The translations under genes were made by a program, and so were the position numbers. Below, piece after piece: positions 32,341-44,784 of a stretch of 64,000 nt of DNA. The notes under the pieces are model-generated. The model saw nothing but the letters and a program-made list of their open reading frames with translations. It was not told the DNA's origin and searched no databases. Position 1 is the stretch's first letter; each line of letters opens with the position of its first letter. The DNA is from Eledone cirrhosa (taxonomy: Eukaryota): NCBI GenBank assembly GCA_964016885.1, contig OZ024745.1, positions 52,452,001 to 52,516,000 of the forward strand, read 5' to 3'.

Positions 32341-32428
<88 letters not shown>

Positions 32429-32537
32429 TATATATATATTAATATATATATTTTAATATATATACATTTTAATATATATTAATATATATATATTAATATA
32501 TATATTTTAATATATATATATTTGAATATATATATAT

Positions 32538-32650
<113 letters not shown>

Positions 32651-32689
32651 TATAAATATATATATCCAGGAGACACAACCGTTAATGTT

Positions 32690-32922
32690 GGATTTTTTCA
32701 GGGTATGTCAATATTTATTTATAAAATTAATCTATATTATATTTTTTCTGATGAAAGCGCACCATAATCTGCCTTGGTGGCCCTTGAAATATGTATAATG
32801 AAAAAAATATGGTTTTATAAATATAGTTTCCATTTCGTAATATATTGTATATTTAATCCAATAATGTGAGTGCTTTATATCAGTTATAAAAATATTTTGC
32901 AACAAATTAAATATAACCTCTA
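32690..32922 (+). mobile_element. Single-arm family A pLTR remnant with HHR
   Basis: CTGATGA 32748-32754, CACCA/TGGTG stem II, GAAA 32786-32789, family A tail. Confidence 0.7.
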
Positions 32923-32945
32923 CATATATATATATATATATATGT

Positions 32946-33372
32946 ATAATATAAGATCAAAAGATGGTTAAAGGAGTTCCATATATTTTATTATGCGCAT
33001 TTCAAAAACAAACATCATCAAACAATAATATTTGTGTTTTCATCAGATAAAACAGGAGAACATGATATGAAGGCTAAAAAACACTTGTTGATAGTGCAGT
33101 TTTAAATCAACATATCATATGTTGATTTAAAACTGCACTATCAACAAGTGTTTTTTAGCCTTCATATCATGTTCTCCTGTTTTATCTGATGAAAACACAA
33201 ATATTATTGTTTGATGATGTTTGTTTTTGAAATGCGCATAATAAAATATATGGAACTCCTTTAACCATCTTTTGATCTTATATTATGCATACTCCAGTCC
33301 CACAAACTGTAGAGTGCTTCTTATCCGATATCTGCATTGCTTTATTGTACTACAATAAAACTCACCTCCTAC
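32946..33372. mobile_element. Perfect 170-bp-arm palindrome (1-nt spacer at 33116) plus about 85-bp 3' extension
   Basis: 32946-33115 reverse-complements 33117-33286; HHR in each arm; (AT)n flanks. Confidence 0.88.
33180..33246 (+). ncRNA. Minimal type I hammerhead (inverted copy 32986-33052)
   Basis: TTTTAT-CTGATGA-AAAC..hairpin..GTTTTT-GAAAT-GCGC-ATA-ATAAAA. Confidence 0.85.
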
Positions 33373-34083
<711 letters not shown>

Positions 34084-34110
34084 ATAATAATAATAGTAAT
34101 ATTAATAAAA

Positions 34111-35600
34111 TTGAAGACAAAAATCCAAAGAGGGCTCGATAAGGATAAATATATATCGAATATATAAGAACCGTAGAGCAAATATTTATTAAATAACAGA
34201 TTAATGTTTAAGCAAAGAATCGCTGCTTTCACCCTTAACGGGATCTTCTGAAACTAATAAAGGCAATCTGTAAACGCAGAACTGGATTTTTCAAAAAACG
34301 TTGCAACCGGAGGAAGACAGGAAGACGATACTTTGGTTCGTGGTAACGTTCGCTGGCAAAGAACGGGGGAAAACGAATAATACGTCATTAATAGGAGCGG
34401 CGAAAAACAATTACGCGCAAAGACAGAACCACGTTTATGGTATAAAAGAGGTCGTAGACTAATGTTCTCTTAGGTGGTGCATAGAGACGTTCTCTGGCAA
34501 TGAAAGAAAAAACGAAGATAATACATCATATGTGGAGCGTGGAGAACAATAGCACGCAAAGACAAAACCACATAAATGGTATAGCAGAAGTCGTAGACTA
34601 AAATTCTAACTAGGAGACCAAATGAATCTCCGCTACAGAGTTAAGAACACAGTAAATAAATACAATACAGAAGTAATAGAAATAAATATATACCTACACG
34701 CAAACAAATACATACATACACAAGCATACGCAAAACCTTACCATAGGTATACAAAACCACGCACATATAAATATGTGTGTGTGTTTGCATGCTTGTGTAC
34801 AAATAAATAAATAATTATATAAACGTATATAAGTTAATAAATACGTATATAACAAGCGCACATACATACCCACATATAAATACACGAATGTTCGGAGACG
34901 TAAATCAACTAAAACAAGAGGTACACATATACACACACCCACCATACGTACGAACCTGCATACTCACGCAGACGCAAAACTCCCGTTTATTATAGCATAC
35001 ATACACACATATTTATATGTGCGTGGTTTTGTATACCTATGGTAAGGTTTTGCGTATGCTTGTGTATGTATGTATTTGTTTGCGTGTACGTATTTATTTA
35101 TTTCTATTACTTCTGTATTGTATTTATTTACTTTCTTCTTAACTCTGTAGCGGATATTCATTTGATCTCCTAGTTAGAATTTAATCTACAACTTCTGCTA
35201 TACCATTTACGTGGTTTTGTCTTTGCGTGCTATTGTTCTCAACGCTCCACATATGACGTATTATCTTCGTTTTTTTGTTCATTGCCATAGAACGTCTCTA
35301 TGCACCACCTAAGAGAACATTAGTCTACGACCTCTTTTATACCATAAACGTGGTTCTGTCTTTGCGCGTAATTGTTTTTCACCGCTCCTATTAATGACGT
35401 ATTATTCGTTTTTTCCCGTTCTTTGCCAGCGAACGTTACCACGAACCAAAGTATCGTCTTCCTGTCTTCCTCCGGTTGCAACGTTTTTTGAAATATCCAG
35501 TTCTGCGTTTACAGATTGAATTTGTTAGTTTCAGAAGATCCCGTTAAGGGTGAAAGCAGCGATTCTTTGCTTAAACTTTAATCTGTTATTTAATAAATAT
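34111..35600. mobile_element. Large fold-back PLE pLTR (family C), about 600-bp arms
   Basis: 34183-34780 reverse-complements about 35003-35599 with scattered mismatches; (AT)n flanks; no ORF. Confidence 0.85.
35511..35586 (+). ncRNA. Hammerhead-like motif with variant core CAGAAGA
   Basis: AGTTT-CAGAAGA-tCCC gttaa GGGt-GAAA-GCAG..TTGC-TT-AAACT, distal ACAGATT/AATCTGT pairing; the CAGAAGA core is also in the opposite arm and at 3443-3449. Confidence 0.6.
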
Positions 35601-35768
35601 ATATATATATATATATATACATTTATATATATGTTTTTATATACATTTTTATATATATACAATTTTATCAAAAAATTTTGTGTAATCCAGGGAAAAAACC
35701 AATAGAATCTTAACGCAGAATAAAATTAAGAGTAAATACTTATCCTTCAATTTGGAAAAATCTACAAA

Positions 35769-35848
35769 TGCTGTATATAGTCTTAAAAATACTATTTCAC
35801 GAAACTTTTCAGTTGGGTTAGTCACGGTTTGGGTCGTTCATCAGCAGA
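35769..35848 (-). ncRNA. Type I hammerhead-like motif
   Basis: ctg-CTGATGA-ACGA...TCGT-GAAATAGT..ACTATA-TA-cag; stem I short. Confidence 0.6.
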
Positions 35849-35975
35849 GCTCAACACGATACCCAAATCTCACTGGTAAATAAGCCAGAAGAGAAATTAA
35901 AAGCAGGCTAGTTACACCTCGTGTGGAATTAAGATAATAACAACATGTGTACTCGTCTCTACCACACTAATTCGG

Positions 35976-36030
35976 ACCGCCTGAAGAGGTCACAGCCAAA
36001 GATGGCTGTCACCGAAATATGTATAGCAGT
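35976..36030 (+). ncRNA. Minimal type I hammerhead
   Basis: ACCGC-CTGAAGA-GGTcACAGCCA..TGGCTGTcACC-GAAA-TATGT-ATA-GCAGT; second copy 59335-59389. Confidence 0.8.
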
Positions 36031-36399
36031 AATAAACGAAGCCAAATTTAAAACATTTGAATTATTTATTGTATTTTATTATTATTATATATAAACATAT
36101 ATACATAAACAGAGAAAGCCTTAAGCGATACTCCGACCAACTCCATCTCACTCAACAAACATTAGGATATACCTAAGTATTATCCCAATTTAGTGTTTGG
36201 GGTGCTAACTAATCAGTATTTCGTGGATAGCTAGTTGTATTATTTTATATGAGACATTATTAAATAATATATATATATATACATATATATAGATAGATAG
36301 ATATATACATGATATAAATATATACTTATATAAAAAAAAAAAATACATATATATATATATATAAATATATACTTATAACGGCACATAAAGATACACACT

Positions 36400-38325
36400 G
36401 GGCTATCCATGAAAGGATGCACCTTGTTATATGTGCCTACAGAGATGTTGTTACGTTGCGAACATGGATCAATCCACGTTTGGAATCTTCACGCAAAGCC
36501 ACATAATGTGCGTTCATGTTATTACAGTAAGTAGTTTGCGCAGGCCGTACATAGAAAATGCGTGCAGATATACAGAAATAATAATAAGAAACGTGTATGC
36601 AAATGAGAGAGTACATACATCTGAGTTACAAAAGAGGACTATGAGATACATACGTGGGTCTGTATAAGGAAAATACATTAGGTGTTACAAAATGGAATGC
36701 GTGGAGAGAGTATAAACTCTCTACTGAAAAGTTACACATGCATGGGTGCGTGAACAGGCCATACTAGAGCATGTCACTGTGGGTGTGGTATAGTGTCTTA
36801 TTGGTGTAAGGCACGGGACAGAATATCAGTGGAATTTGCGTCAATCTGTCCCGGCTCAGGCAATGGTGTTGCCTAGGGTGACGTGCAGAGTCGGGTAGGC
36901 ATCCTGGGTTATGTCGGCTTACCCCACCGGGTATATATAGTCAACAGGTATGGTGTCTGGTCCTTTGAACCCGTTTCGCCGCTCTGGCCGGTGTGCACTC
37001 ACCCGCATGCTTTTAGCATGGGCTGCTCGGTGTATTCCATGCGGAGAGTATGCACCTTCTCTGGTGTCTGCATGTCAGGATTATTTCCGATTTCAGGTTG
37101 ACCGCATCATCCTTCAGTCTGACTATCTCCATGGCATCGGATAGGCATAGCCTACACTTTCTATTTCCAGCCGAATGGCATTCGCTTGCCGAACGATACT
37201 TCAGTTGAGGTCATACGGGGTGCATTTGTCTTTCAAGTCCCACACAAGGTCCGCCAACCTAGTAGAGTGCCTCTTGCTCCGGTCCTTGAATGTGTTTGTG
37301 TGGTTATACATCCTCGATTTAAAGGTCGGGGATGTTGCGCCGAAGTAGGTGCGCTTTGTGTTGTGCGTGCTAATCACACATTTATATACAGGCCCTTCGT
37401 TAGGCATTTTCCCTGCAGAGGGAACTATGTGTCCGCTCGGCAGTTGCACGTTCTGGCACTTGATCTACCATGGCCCTCTCCCGATACTCTGGGTGTTGTT
37501 CTGTCAACACGGTGGTCTCCACTTCGCCACTTATTTCCGCCCGGCGTTGGCTTGTATCATCTTCCGTGGGCGTGGCGGCCGCCGCAGGGGCCATGTTGTA
37601 GTTAGAAAACCGGTCTGCAAAGGGCCCTTCGGTGCCGATAGACGGTCATTTGGCCGCCGCTGTTGACGGTCGAGGCTCCCCATCTTCGCCGCATTGGTTT
37701 TGGCCATATTGTCTTCCATGTTAGGTGCGGTGAAGAAGGAGAAGTTCACCGTTTGACGGTTGAAAGCTTGTGGTATCTGCTCGACGGCGTGAAGCCATAG
37801 TCCAACGCTCCGAAGAAGAGGCCTGGTACATTGCTGCATACATTCTTCGAATACGGCGCGTTAAACCATGTAACCTTGTCTTGTTACTTCGTCTGTATAT
37901 AGTAGCGTGAATGTCTGTTGGGTCAGTATCCGTTCCGGGTTTTTCCCGCCCATTATTTCGTCCCCTATGTTACCGCTATCTATGTCTACTGTGGACGTCA
38001 GAGTTACCCCGTTCGCTTACTGAGGTATTCCGTTTGTGTTGTCGGCTCTACTGTTAGTCTCGTTAATGTTATGCGGTGCTGTTGTCGGGGCTATATCATT
38101 GCTACCGGTCGGGATGTTTCCTCTACCAGGTTCCAGGGCGTACTTGTCCTTACCCTGTCACTAGTTCTAGTTTCTGCGAGGCATAGTTGCGCGTGCCGGG
38201 CTTCTGTCTACGTGTACTGCGTGGTCTGGCGTCCGCGTGTGTGTCTTCGTCTGTCTTAGTGCCGGTCTTGTGTCCTTGTGGTGATCTATGCTCCTACTCG
38301 TGTCCCTGGAAGCTAGGTATTTTTT
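36400..38325 (-). mobile_element. Decayed PLE 3' portion (linker, GIY-YIG, pLTR)
   Basis: Frameshifted WFNAPYSKNV, NRQTVNFSF..PNM, CNCR..PLQGKCL, YFGATSPTFKSRMYNH, STRLADLVWDLKD, CRLCL, TCRH (about 37040-37875); boundaries approximate. Confidence 0.8.
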
Positions 38326-38835
38326 ATATATATATATATTTATAGCGAGATGCAACATTTCATGTATGGCCCATTTTGTATCTTTATATGACTTTGTGTG
38401 TATATTCGTTTTATGTATATATATATTGTTATGCGTGCGTGTATGTGCATATGAATATGCGCATATTTGTGTATATGCGCCAGTGTGTGTGTGTGTGTGT
38501 GTACAAGTACTAGTGTAGGGAAAGGGTTGTTTGTCTGTATATATATGTGTATGCGCGCGAGTGTGTATATATGTATATCGGTACGTGTATATGTGTGTGC
38601 GTGGGTGGTGGGTGGTCTATGTATATGTCTGTAGGTGTTTGTGTGTACGGGTATATATACGCGTGTGCATGTGTATGCACATGTATGTGTGTGCGTGTAT
38701 GTTGTTCATACAGGCATGTGGGTATGCGTATGTCTGTACGTGCCTCTCTGGATGCATGTATGCGTATAATTTAATGTTCTCCTTAAATGTGTGTGTATAG
38801 CGAGTGACTATACGTATGACTGTCATTATCTCTGT

Positions 38836-39023
38836 GTGGATTGGCAGTATCGGTAGAGGGTCGGACGCCATGCTTTGACGTATAGAGTTACGGCCCTTGC
38901 CATTCTGAGTTCAAATTCCGTCGAGGTTAACTTTGCCTTTCATCCTTACGGGGTCGATAAAATAAAGTACCAGTAATGCACTGGGTAATTTGCTGGCCTT
39001 GTGCCAAATGTAGAAACAATTAT
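38836..39023 (+). mobile_element. Nin-core tRNA SINE, near full length
   Basis: TGGCAGTATCGG A-box, GAGTTCAAATTCC B-box, Nin-type core. Confidence 0.85.
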
Positions 39024-39930
39024 CTATGTGCTTGTGTGTGTGCGCGCACGTGGATGTGTGAACAACCAAACACAACAGTAATTTATTGAAGTGTAGCAGA
39101 TATGGGACAGTTAACGGCCTGATGGTTAGCGGACTGGTACCTCAGGTCAGAATTATGATGATGTCGACAACCAGCGGCCAATCACAGGACGCGCTAACAG
39201 GATGAAGTTTCTGATGGTATTGGCCCAGAGGGTCAGATTCCCCAGTGAGACAATATGCTCCGAAATCATTAGACGTGTCCGTCGAACCTGCGGGTCCAGA
39301 ATCAGACAGATCCACACAATGATCGCGTCTGGGAAAGTCCGCCGGGGAAACAATGTATGTGCGTGTGTGTATGTGCAGAGACATATATTTATATGTATGA
39401 GAATATAATTAAATATTGGATACCTAAATAGCGAATGTTACGCGATACCATAACCCCCCCCCCCCCCCAACACACACACATGCACAAATACACAGAGCCC
39501 CGGCGCACAGGATGGAGAAGGCGTTTCCACGGTGTACGGCAAGGGAGACGCGTTGGAAAAGCCACTCCAACTCGCGGGGTTCAAATCTGCGGCTGGCCAG
39601 CTCAGCGCCTATGGTGGTGAGTAGGGAGATAGCCCTAGGGCCGAGGAGACCAGAAGTCTCCACTGTCAGGGGTACAACCGCAAACCTATCGGAGAGCGAC
39701 CGGTATATGAGAATCTTGGCCACCTCAGGCCGACATGCGGCAGAACCTGGGTTAGTCGCAGACTGCACGAGGTTGCGGCTGCTGAAAGTGTCGGTGCAAA
39801 TCATTCCAGACGAGGTGTTTGCCACCGCGGAACGGGAAGATTGTCATGCCATCTGGCCGTTTGCCGTCCCCTCGGTCCAGCCCCACCGGCTCGATCTGGG
39901 AAGGGAAGCCCGCAGCATCCAAGCCATGCT

Positions 39931-41208
39931 TTATGACCTCGTTGAGGGCAGCATGGCGTGGAAGGCGGCCGGCACTGTGGGCATGAGAGAGCGGGTGGAG
40001 GCCGAAAGAGTCCATGGTGGATCCGCAGCGATATCGGTGTGGACGCAGATCCGGAGGCCGAGCCTCAGGGAAACGCCGATGCGCAGGTCATTGTTGTCTT
40101 GCTGCGTACCAGTGGAGAAAGAGGACAGGGCATGGAGCCAGGCACCACTGTGGGGTTTGGAGGACGCACGAAAGCAGGTCGAGCTGGCTCGTGAACCTGT
40201 CTGATGCCAGGCTGCACTGGATGGCATCCCAAGTGCTTTGGGGGAACTTGATGTCAACATGGGGAGGAGGAGGGACGTGTACTGGGCTAAGTTAAAGCCG
40301 GTTCCACGTCTCACAGGTGGTCTCACGTTCTCTAAAAAAGTGGGTTCTATTGTGTTTTGAAGAACCCGGCTGACCAGGACGCGGCACGAGCTTACCGACG
40401 AAACATTTGCGCGTAAAGCCAGCGAGATCGAGGACCGGAAGCCAAGGCCACCATACCTGACAGGTAAAGTGGCTTGTTGCCATCCAATGTCTTCAAACTT
40501 GACGTTGCATATCTCCTCGGCTGCTGCTCGGATACAAGTATCAAGGTCAACGAGGAGAGATGTCTGGGTGTAGCACGGAGCAATGCGAAGTGTACAGAGG
40601 AGCTTCAGCATGGCGAAGCAGTTCCTTAACAGAAAGAGAGCTGGGTGGCCGTCAATCAAGCCCAGTCGGCTCGAAGAAGTCTGGAGCTGTTGAAGCCTGG
40701 ACCTGATGGTGGAGCGGATGGCCAGCGGGAGGATTAGTGAACCGAGGATGAGGATATCCTCTTTGGGGGTCACCTGTACCTGGTGGAGAATGGACCGTAC
40801 GTCCGAGACGGAGGCTGCAAAGCTCTCAGCGTCGTGGCTGACATTCACCACCTCCGACATGGCCGAGTTGACCTGGAAGCCGATTCCCGCCAGAGCAGGA
40901 ACCACCGATTGAAGGTCATGGCAGAAAGTCTGTACGGGCCCGCCCAACGTAGCATCATCCATATACCAAACGTTAAGAGGGGTTATGATACTCCGGACGA
41001 TGTGGTCTATTATAGCAAGGGCAAACAGGAGGGGTCCCAAAGGGTCGCCCTGTTGGACCCCAGTAGCCGAACGTATGACAGTATCAGCAGCAAGGACCAT
41101 GATAGGGGCTCCATAAGACAGGTAAACCAGCGGGTAGGTAGAGGGGGCTCGGCTGGGGCAGTCATTGAGCAGATGGTCCCCGCGCAAGCAGTTGAAGGCA
41201 TTATTCAT
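39931..41208 (-). pseudogene. Reverse transcriptase domain of CRE-like element
   Basis: QGDPLGP and YMDD motifs; flanking parts in other frames. Confidence 0.88.
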
Positions 41209-41949
41209 GTCAAGCTTGACAATGACGTGGCTTCAGCGGAGGAGGGAATAGCAACTCCTTGAGGTGGGCTGGTCAGAGACCATCAGCACCTCCGCTGCTG
41301 CTAGCTGGGAAGGACTTGATGGCAGACATGATGTCTGCGTCGGAGCCACAAGGAGCAAGTTGGGTTTGGGTTGGGTATTCGGTATGAGATCAGCGGGTGG
41401 GTCAGGATGTTTGAGTCCCAGGGCAGCTAGGACATCCTCGGTGAGTTGGAGGACAGTGTCCTCTGAGTCAACCATTGTGACTGCGGCCGAGACATCAACC
41501 ATGATTCGTTTAGCATTTACCCGGTCACGCAAACGCTTGGCGCTGGCCTCGGCGATGGAGAATTAGAGGTACCCGGGGGTGGGGAGTGCGGCGTTCCTGG
41601 GCACGCTTGGAATGGGCATTTGCCCAAAGGACGAAACATTAGCCTTGACTAAGCCTTCTGTTGACCGGGCGCCCTGGTCAGCGCCAGAGCTGGGGATGCC
41701 GAGGGCGAGTGGGGCGAAATAAACGAGTCGCTTCTCGTCGCTGGCTCGATTAGAGTCCAGGGCTCTCTCAATCGAGGAAGTGAGGATATCGGCTACCGGC
41801 ACCCGGGCCGCTTTTCGGATCCTGAGTGGGACCTTCCGGAGACGCCTGAGCCGAGCAATGTTGACCAGCGACGCTTGGGCGACGGGAAGGCTCGCTGTCT
41901 CATCCGGTAATGTGTCAGACGGTCGTGGCTGGGCAGACGAGTGGAAGAG

Positions 41950-42095
41950 TGGCAATTCCTGCATCTCCATGCTGCGAGGGCACTGGAAGCTAGACGTGTC
42001 AAGCCAACACAGGTGAGGTGGTGGAAGCAGCCACAACCCGAACAGTTCCGGCCCCTCTTCCGTCTGTTAGTGTTGCTGCAACTGCTGCAGGTGTC
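41950..42095 (-). pseudogene. PHD finger at the N-terminus of the CRE-like ORF
   Basis: Manual in-frame translation DTCSSCSNTNRRKRGRNCSGCGCFHHLTCVGLTRLASSALAAWRCRNCH = C4HC3 with W before the last Cys pair. Confidence 0.8.
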
Positions 42096-42814
42096 GGCTT
42101 GGGAGGATGGGGGATGGGCCGTGTGGCCGGGTTGCGGCGCCGATCGGCATCAGGGGTGAGTGGCTGGCATGTGTGGGTGGAAGGGAAAGTGCTGGTAAGA
42201 GGGCCTCATAGCTCACCTACATCAGATATAGAGGCGTCAGAGGACAAGATAGAAAAGAAGGGGTGCAAGAAGGTAGAATGTAAGCAAATAATGAATGAAT
42301 GGATGAAAGTACAAAAAAAAACAAAAAAAAACAACAACCCCCGTTTTCTCTGTTCCCCTCTTTGGGGGAAGAGATAACGGGGTTGTTCCCAGCGCAAAGA
42401 CCCAGAGTTCAGCACGTACACATGCGAGCTTGTTAGCAGTTTCTCATAGGATCTCGTGGCTGGGGATGAGTCTATCAATCCTGAAAACATGTGTTGTTGT
42501 TGCTGGTGTTGTTCTTGTCACTGAAGTTAGAGTTGGCTTCCTTTTTTTAATGGTAGTGGTAGTGATTGCAGGTGAGATGTTGATGTATACACATATATGT
42601 TGTTGTTGTTAATGTCACAGTTGTTGTTGTTGCCTTCCTCCTGTTAATGGTGGTGGAGATGAAACTACTACCAGTTCCTTTACCGAAGATGCGGGGGCGA
42701 TGTTATTATCCTGTTGCTGTCGCCTTCATGACCAGAGATACGGGTCGGTGGCTTTCGGCATCATTTGGCAGCACAACGGCAAATAAGTATATTCTCTATT
42801 TTTTTTTTTTTTGT

Positions 42815-43910
42815 CTTTTCTTTCTCTCTGTCTAATCCGATTCAAATTATTTGGCAGTGAATTGGTGGCCGCTTGTTTTTTTTTTTTTTATGTTTCCATT
42901 TGTTTTTATTTATATCTCTCGCTCTTCTCGTATGTTTCGGTGCGTTCAATGTGTGATGTTCCTAGCAGTTATTATTTGAGGCTATATTTCCATTCCAGGA
43001 TGTATTCCATCATATTTGAGGTTATATTTCCATTCCAGGATGTATTGCATCATAACAGCACATTCCTCTTCCCAGCATCATGTGAGTTAATGCCACGAAT
43101 GTTTGGGGCGAATGTTTGACTATTGGGTAATCAGATAATCCAAGCATAAAATCATCACTGTAGATATGGATAGAGTCTAGTGGATTTGAGTATGTGTTAG
43201 AAGTAATGAAGCAGAGTGGTAAATGTTTCAGATAAAAATTCATTAACTCAAGAGGGTTGGTATCTGATGCAGGCAAATTTCCTTCATCGATGTCAGGATC
43301 GACGTGTTTATGAACTTCGCGTGTTGAGGTACGTATGGCGAACTATAATGTTTAATAATTCGCGACTAGTATGACAGCTATGTACGGCTCTCATTCAATG
43401 GGATGAAAAAGCCTGTAAATGGGTATACTTGCCTCAAGGAATGGCACAATATTAGCATGCCACATACATATATACACATACATGTATGCCCACGTACATA
43501 TGTGTTTTGGTATGTCAAATACACACATATATATGTGTATATCCGTGTGGGGAGCAACACGTGTTGGTTTGCTTTTAATTTTTTTTTCTTCTCTCTTTCT
43601 AATCCGATTAAAAAAAAATTATTTGGCAGTGAATTGATGGTCGGTTTTTTTTTTCGTCCCCCTTCCTTTTTTTTGTTTCTTTCTCTCGCTCTTCGCGTAT
43701 ATTTTGGTGCGTTATATTTGTGAGGTTCCTATCAATGGTTAATAGTATTTATTATTTGTGGTTATGTTTCCATTCTAGGATGTATTCCATCATAGCAGCA
43801 CATTCTGATTCCAAGAATCTTGTATTAGACAGTGAATTAATGTCGCGAATGTTTGGAACGCAAAAGTATTTGAGTAATGGGTGATCCAAGCGTCAGATCA
43901 TCAATGTATG
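42815..43910. repeat. Diverged direct duplication (about 42815-43160 and 43575-43910)
   Basis: Shared CTAATCCGATT, ATTATTTGGCAGTGAATTG, TTTCCATTC.AGGATGTATTCCATCAT, CGAATGTTTGG. Confidence 0.8.
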
Positions 43911-44152
43911 GCAATCAAACCTTAAACAGAGCTCGGAGCAGATATTACGTTAAGAGAACATTCAGACAGAGTTGATGTGGAAAAGTTGAAAATGTTAACC
44001 TCGTTGGGTGTTGAATTTGTAGTTCCAGAAGAATTGTTTTTTTATTCAATCACAGGAAAGTGCACACACATACATATATGTATATATACAGATACATATG
44101 TTAATGAACTTGTATTTCACGTTAAACACAGAGAGACATCAGTAAATAATAA

Positions 44153-44331
44153 TAACTGTTTCTACATTTGGCACAAGGCCAGCAATTAGCCAGTGCGTTA
44201 CTGGTACTTTATTTTATCGACCCCGTAAGGATGAAAGGCAAAGTTAACCTCGGCAGGATTTGAACACAGATTGCAAGGGGACGTAACTATGCTGGAAAGC
44301 ATGTCCGACCCTCTACCGATACTGCCAATTC
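44153..44331 (-). mobile_element. Nin-core tRNA SINE
   Basis: Matches other copies. Confidence 0.85.
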
Positions 44332-44746
44332 AATAATAATAACTATATTTAGATATGAAAATCTAGATGTACATATCCCTATTTCGCGGGTTACTTTTAT
44401 TTTTCCTGTGTGTTTAGCAACACGTGGTTGTGTGGGTTGCTGCTAACTCTAGCAGAGCCCAAGAAAACACGTCTTTACTATACCTTGGCTCATCGGTCAT
44501 TGTAACACACAATAGAGTTCAGATGCATCACTGATTTTGCGTTTTCTATTCTATCATACTCTGCTCTGAGTGCTCAACCGGCATACTGCCTATGAAGCAT
44601 CTTAGCTACCATCAGACACATATATATATATACGTAGATATATAAGGTTAAAATTTGTTTAAAGATATAGTACCAAGAAAAACAAACGACTAGGCATGAA
44701 GTAGAGAATAGAGGAGTATATAAATGTGCATAAAAAGCTTTCTCCG

Positions 44747-44782
<36 letters not shown>

Positions 44783-44784
<2 letters not shown>

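Larger units (their letters stand above)
39480..42490 (-). mobile_element. CRE-like non-LTR retrotransposon (PHD, RT, restriction-like endonuclease), frameshifted
   Basis: GC-rich block; NAFN, GVQQGDPLGPLLF, WYMDD, LPVRYGGLG, RHAALN, KRPDG, VETSG, LFQRVSLAVHRGNA; ends in (TG)-rich sequence. Confidence 0.88.

Noticed and set aside
32946-33286. Perfect palindromes as sequencing fold-back artefacts
   Set aside because: Cannot be excluded without reads, but most related structures have diverged arms and family-consistent ends, which favours a biological origin.
36445-36497. Minus-strand GTGAAGA..hairpin..GCAAC-GTA in the pLTR of the decayed PLE
   Set aside because: Position fits an HHR relic but both core halves are mutated; not called.
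39512-40204. 230-aa plus-strand ORF and similar antisense ORFs over PLE and CRE coding regions
   Set aside because: Antisense shadows of retroelement coding sequence.
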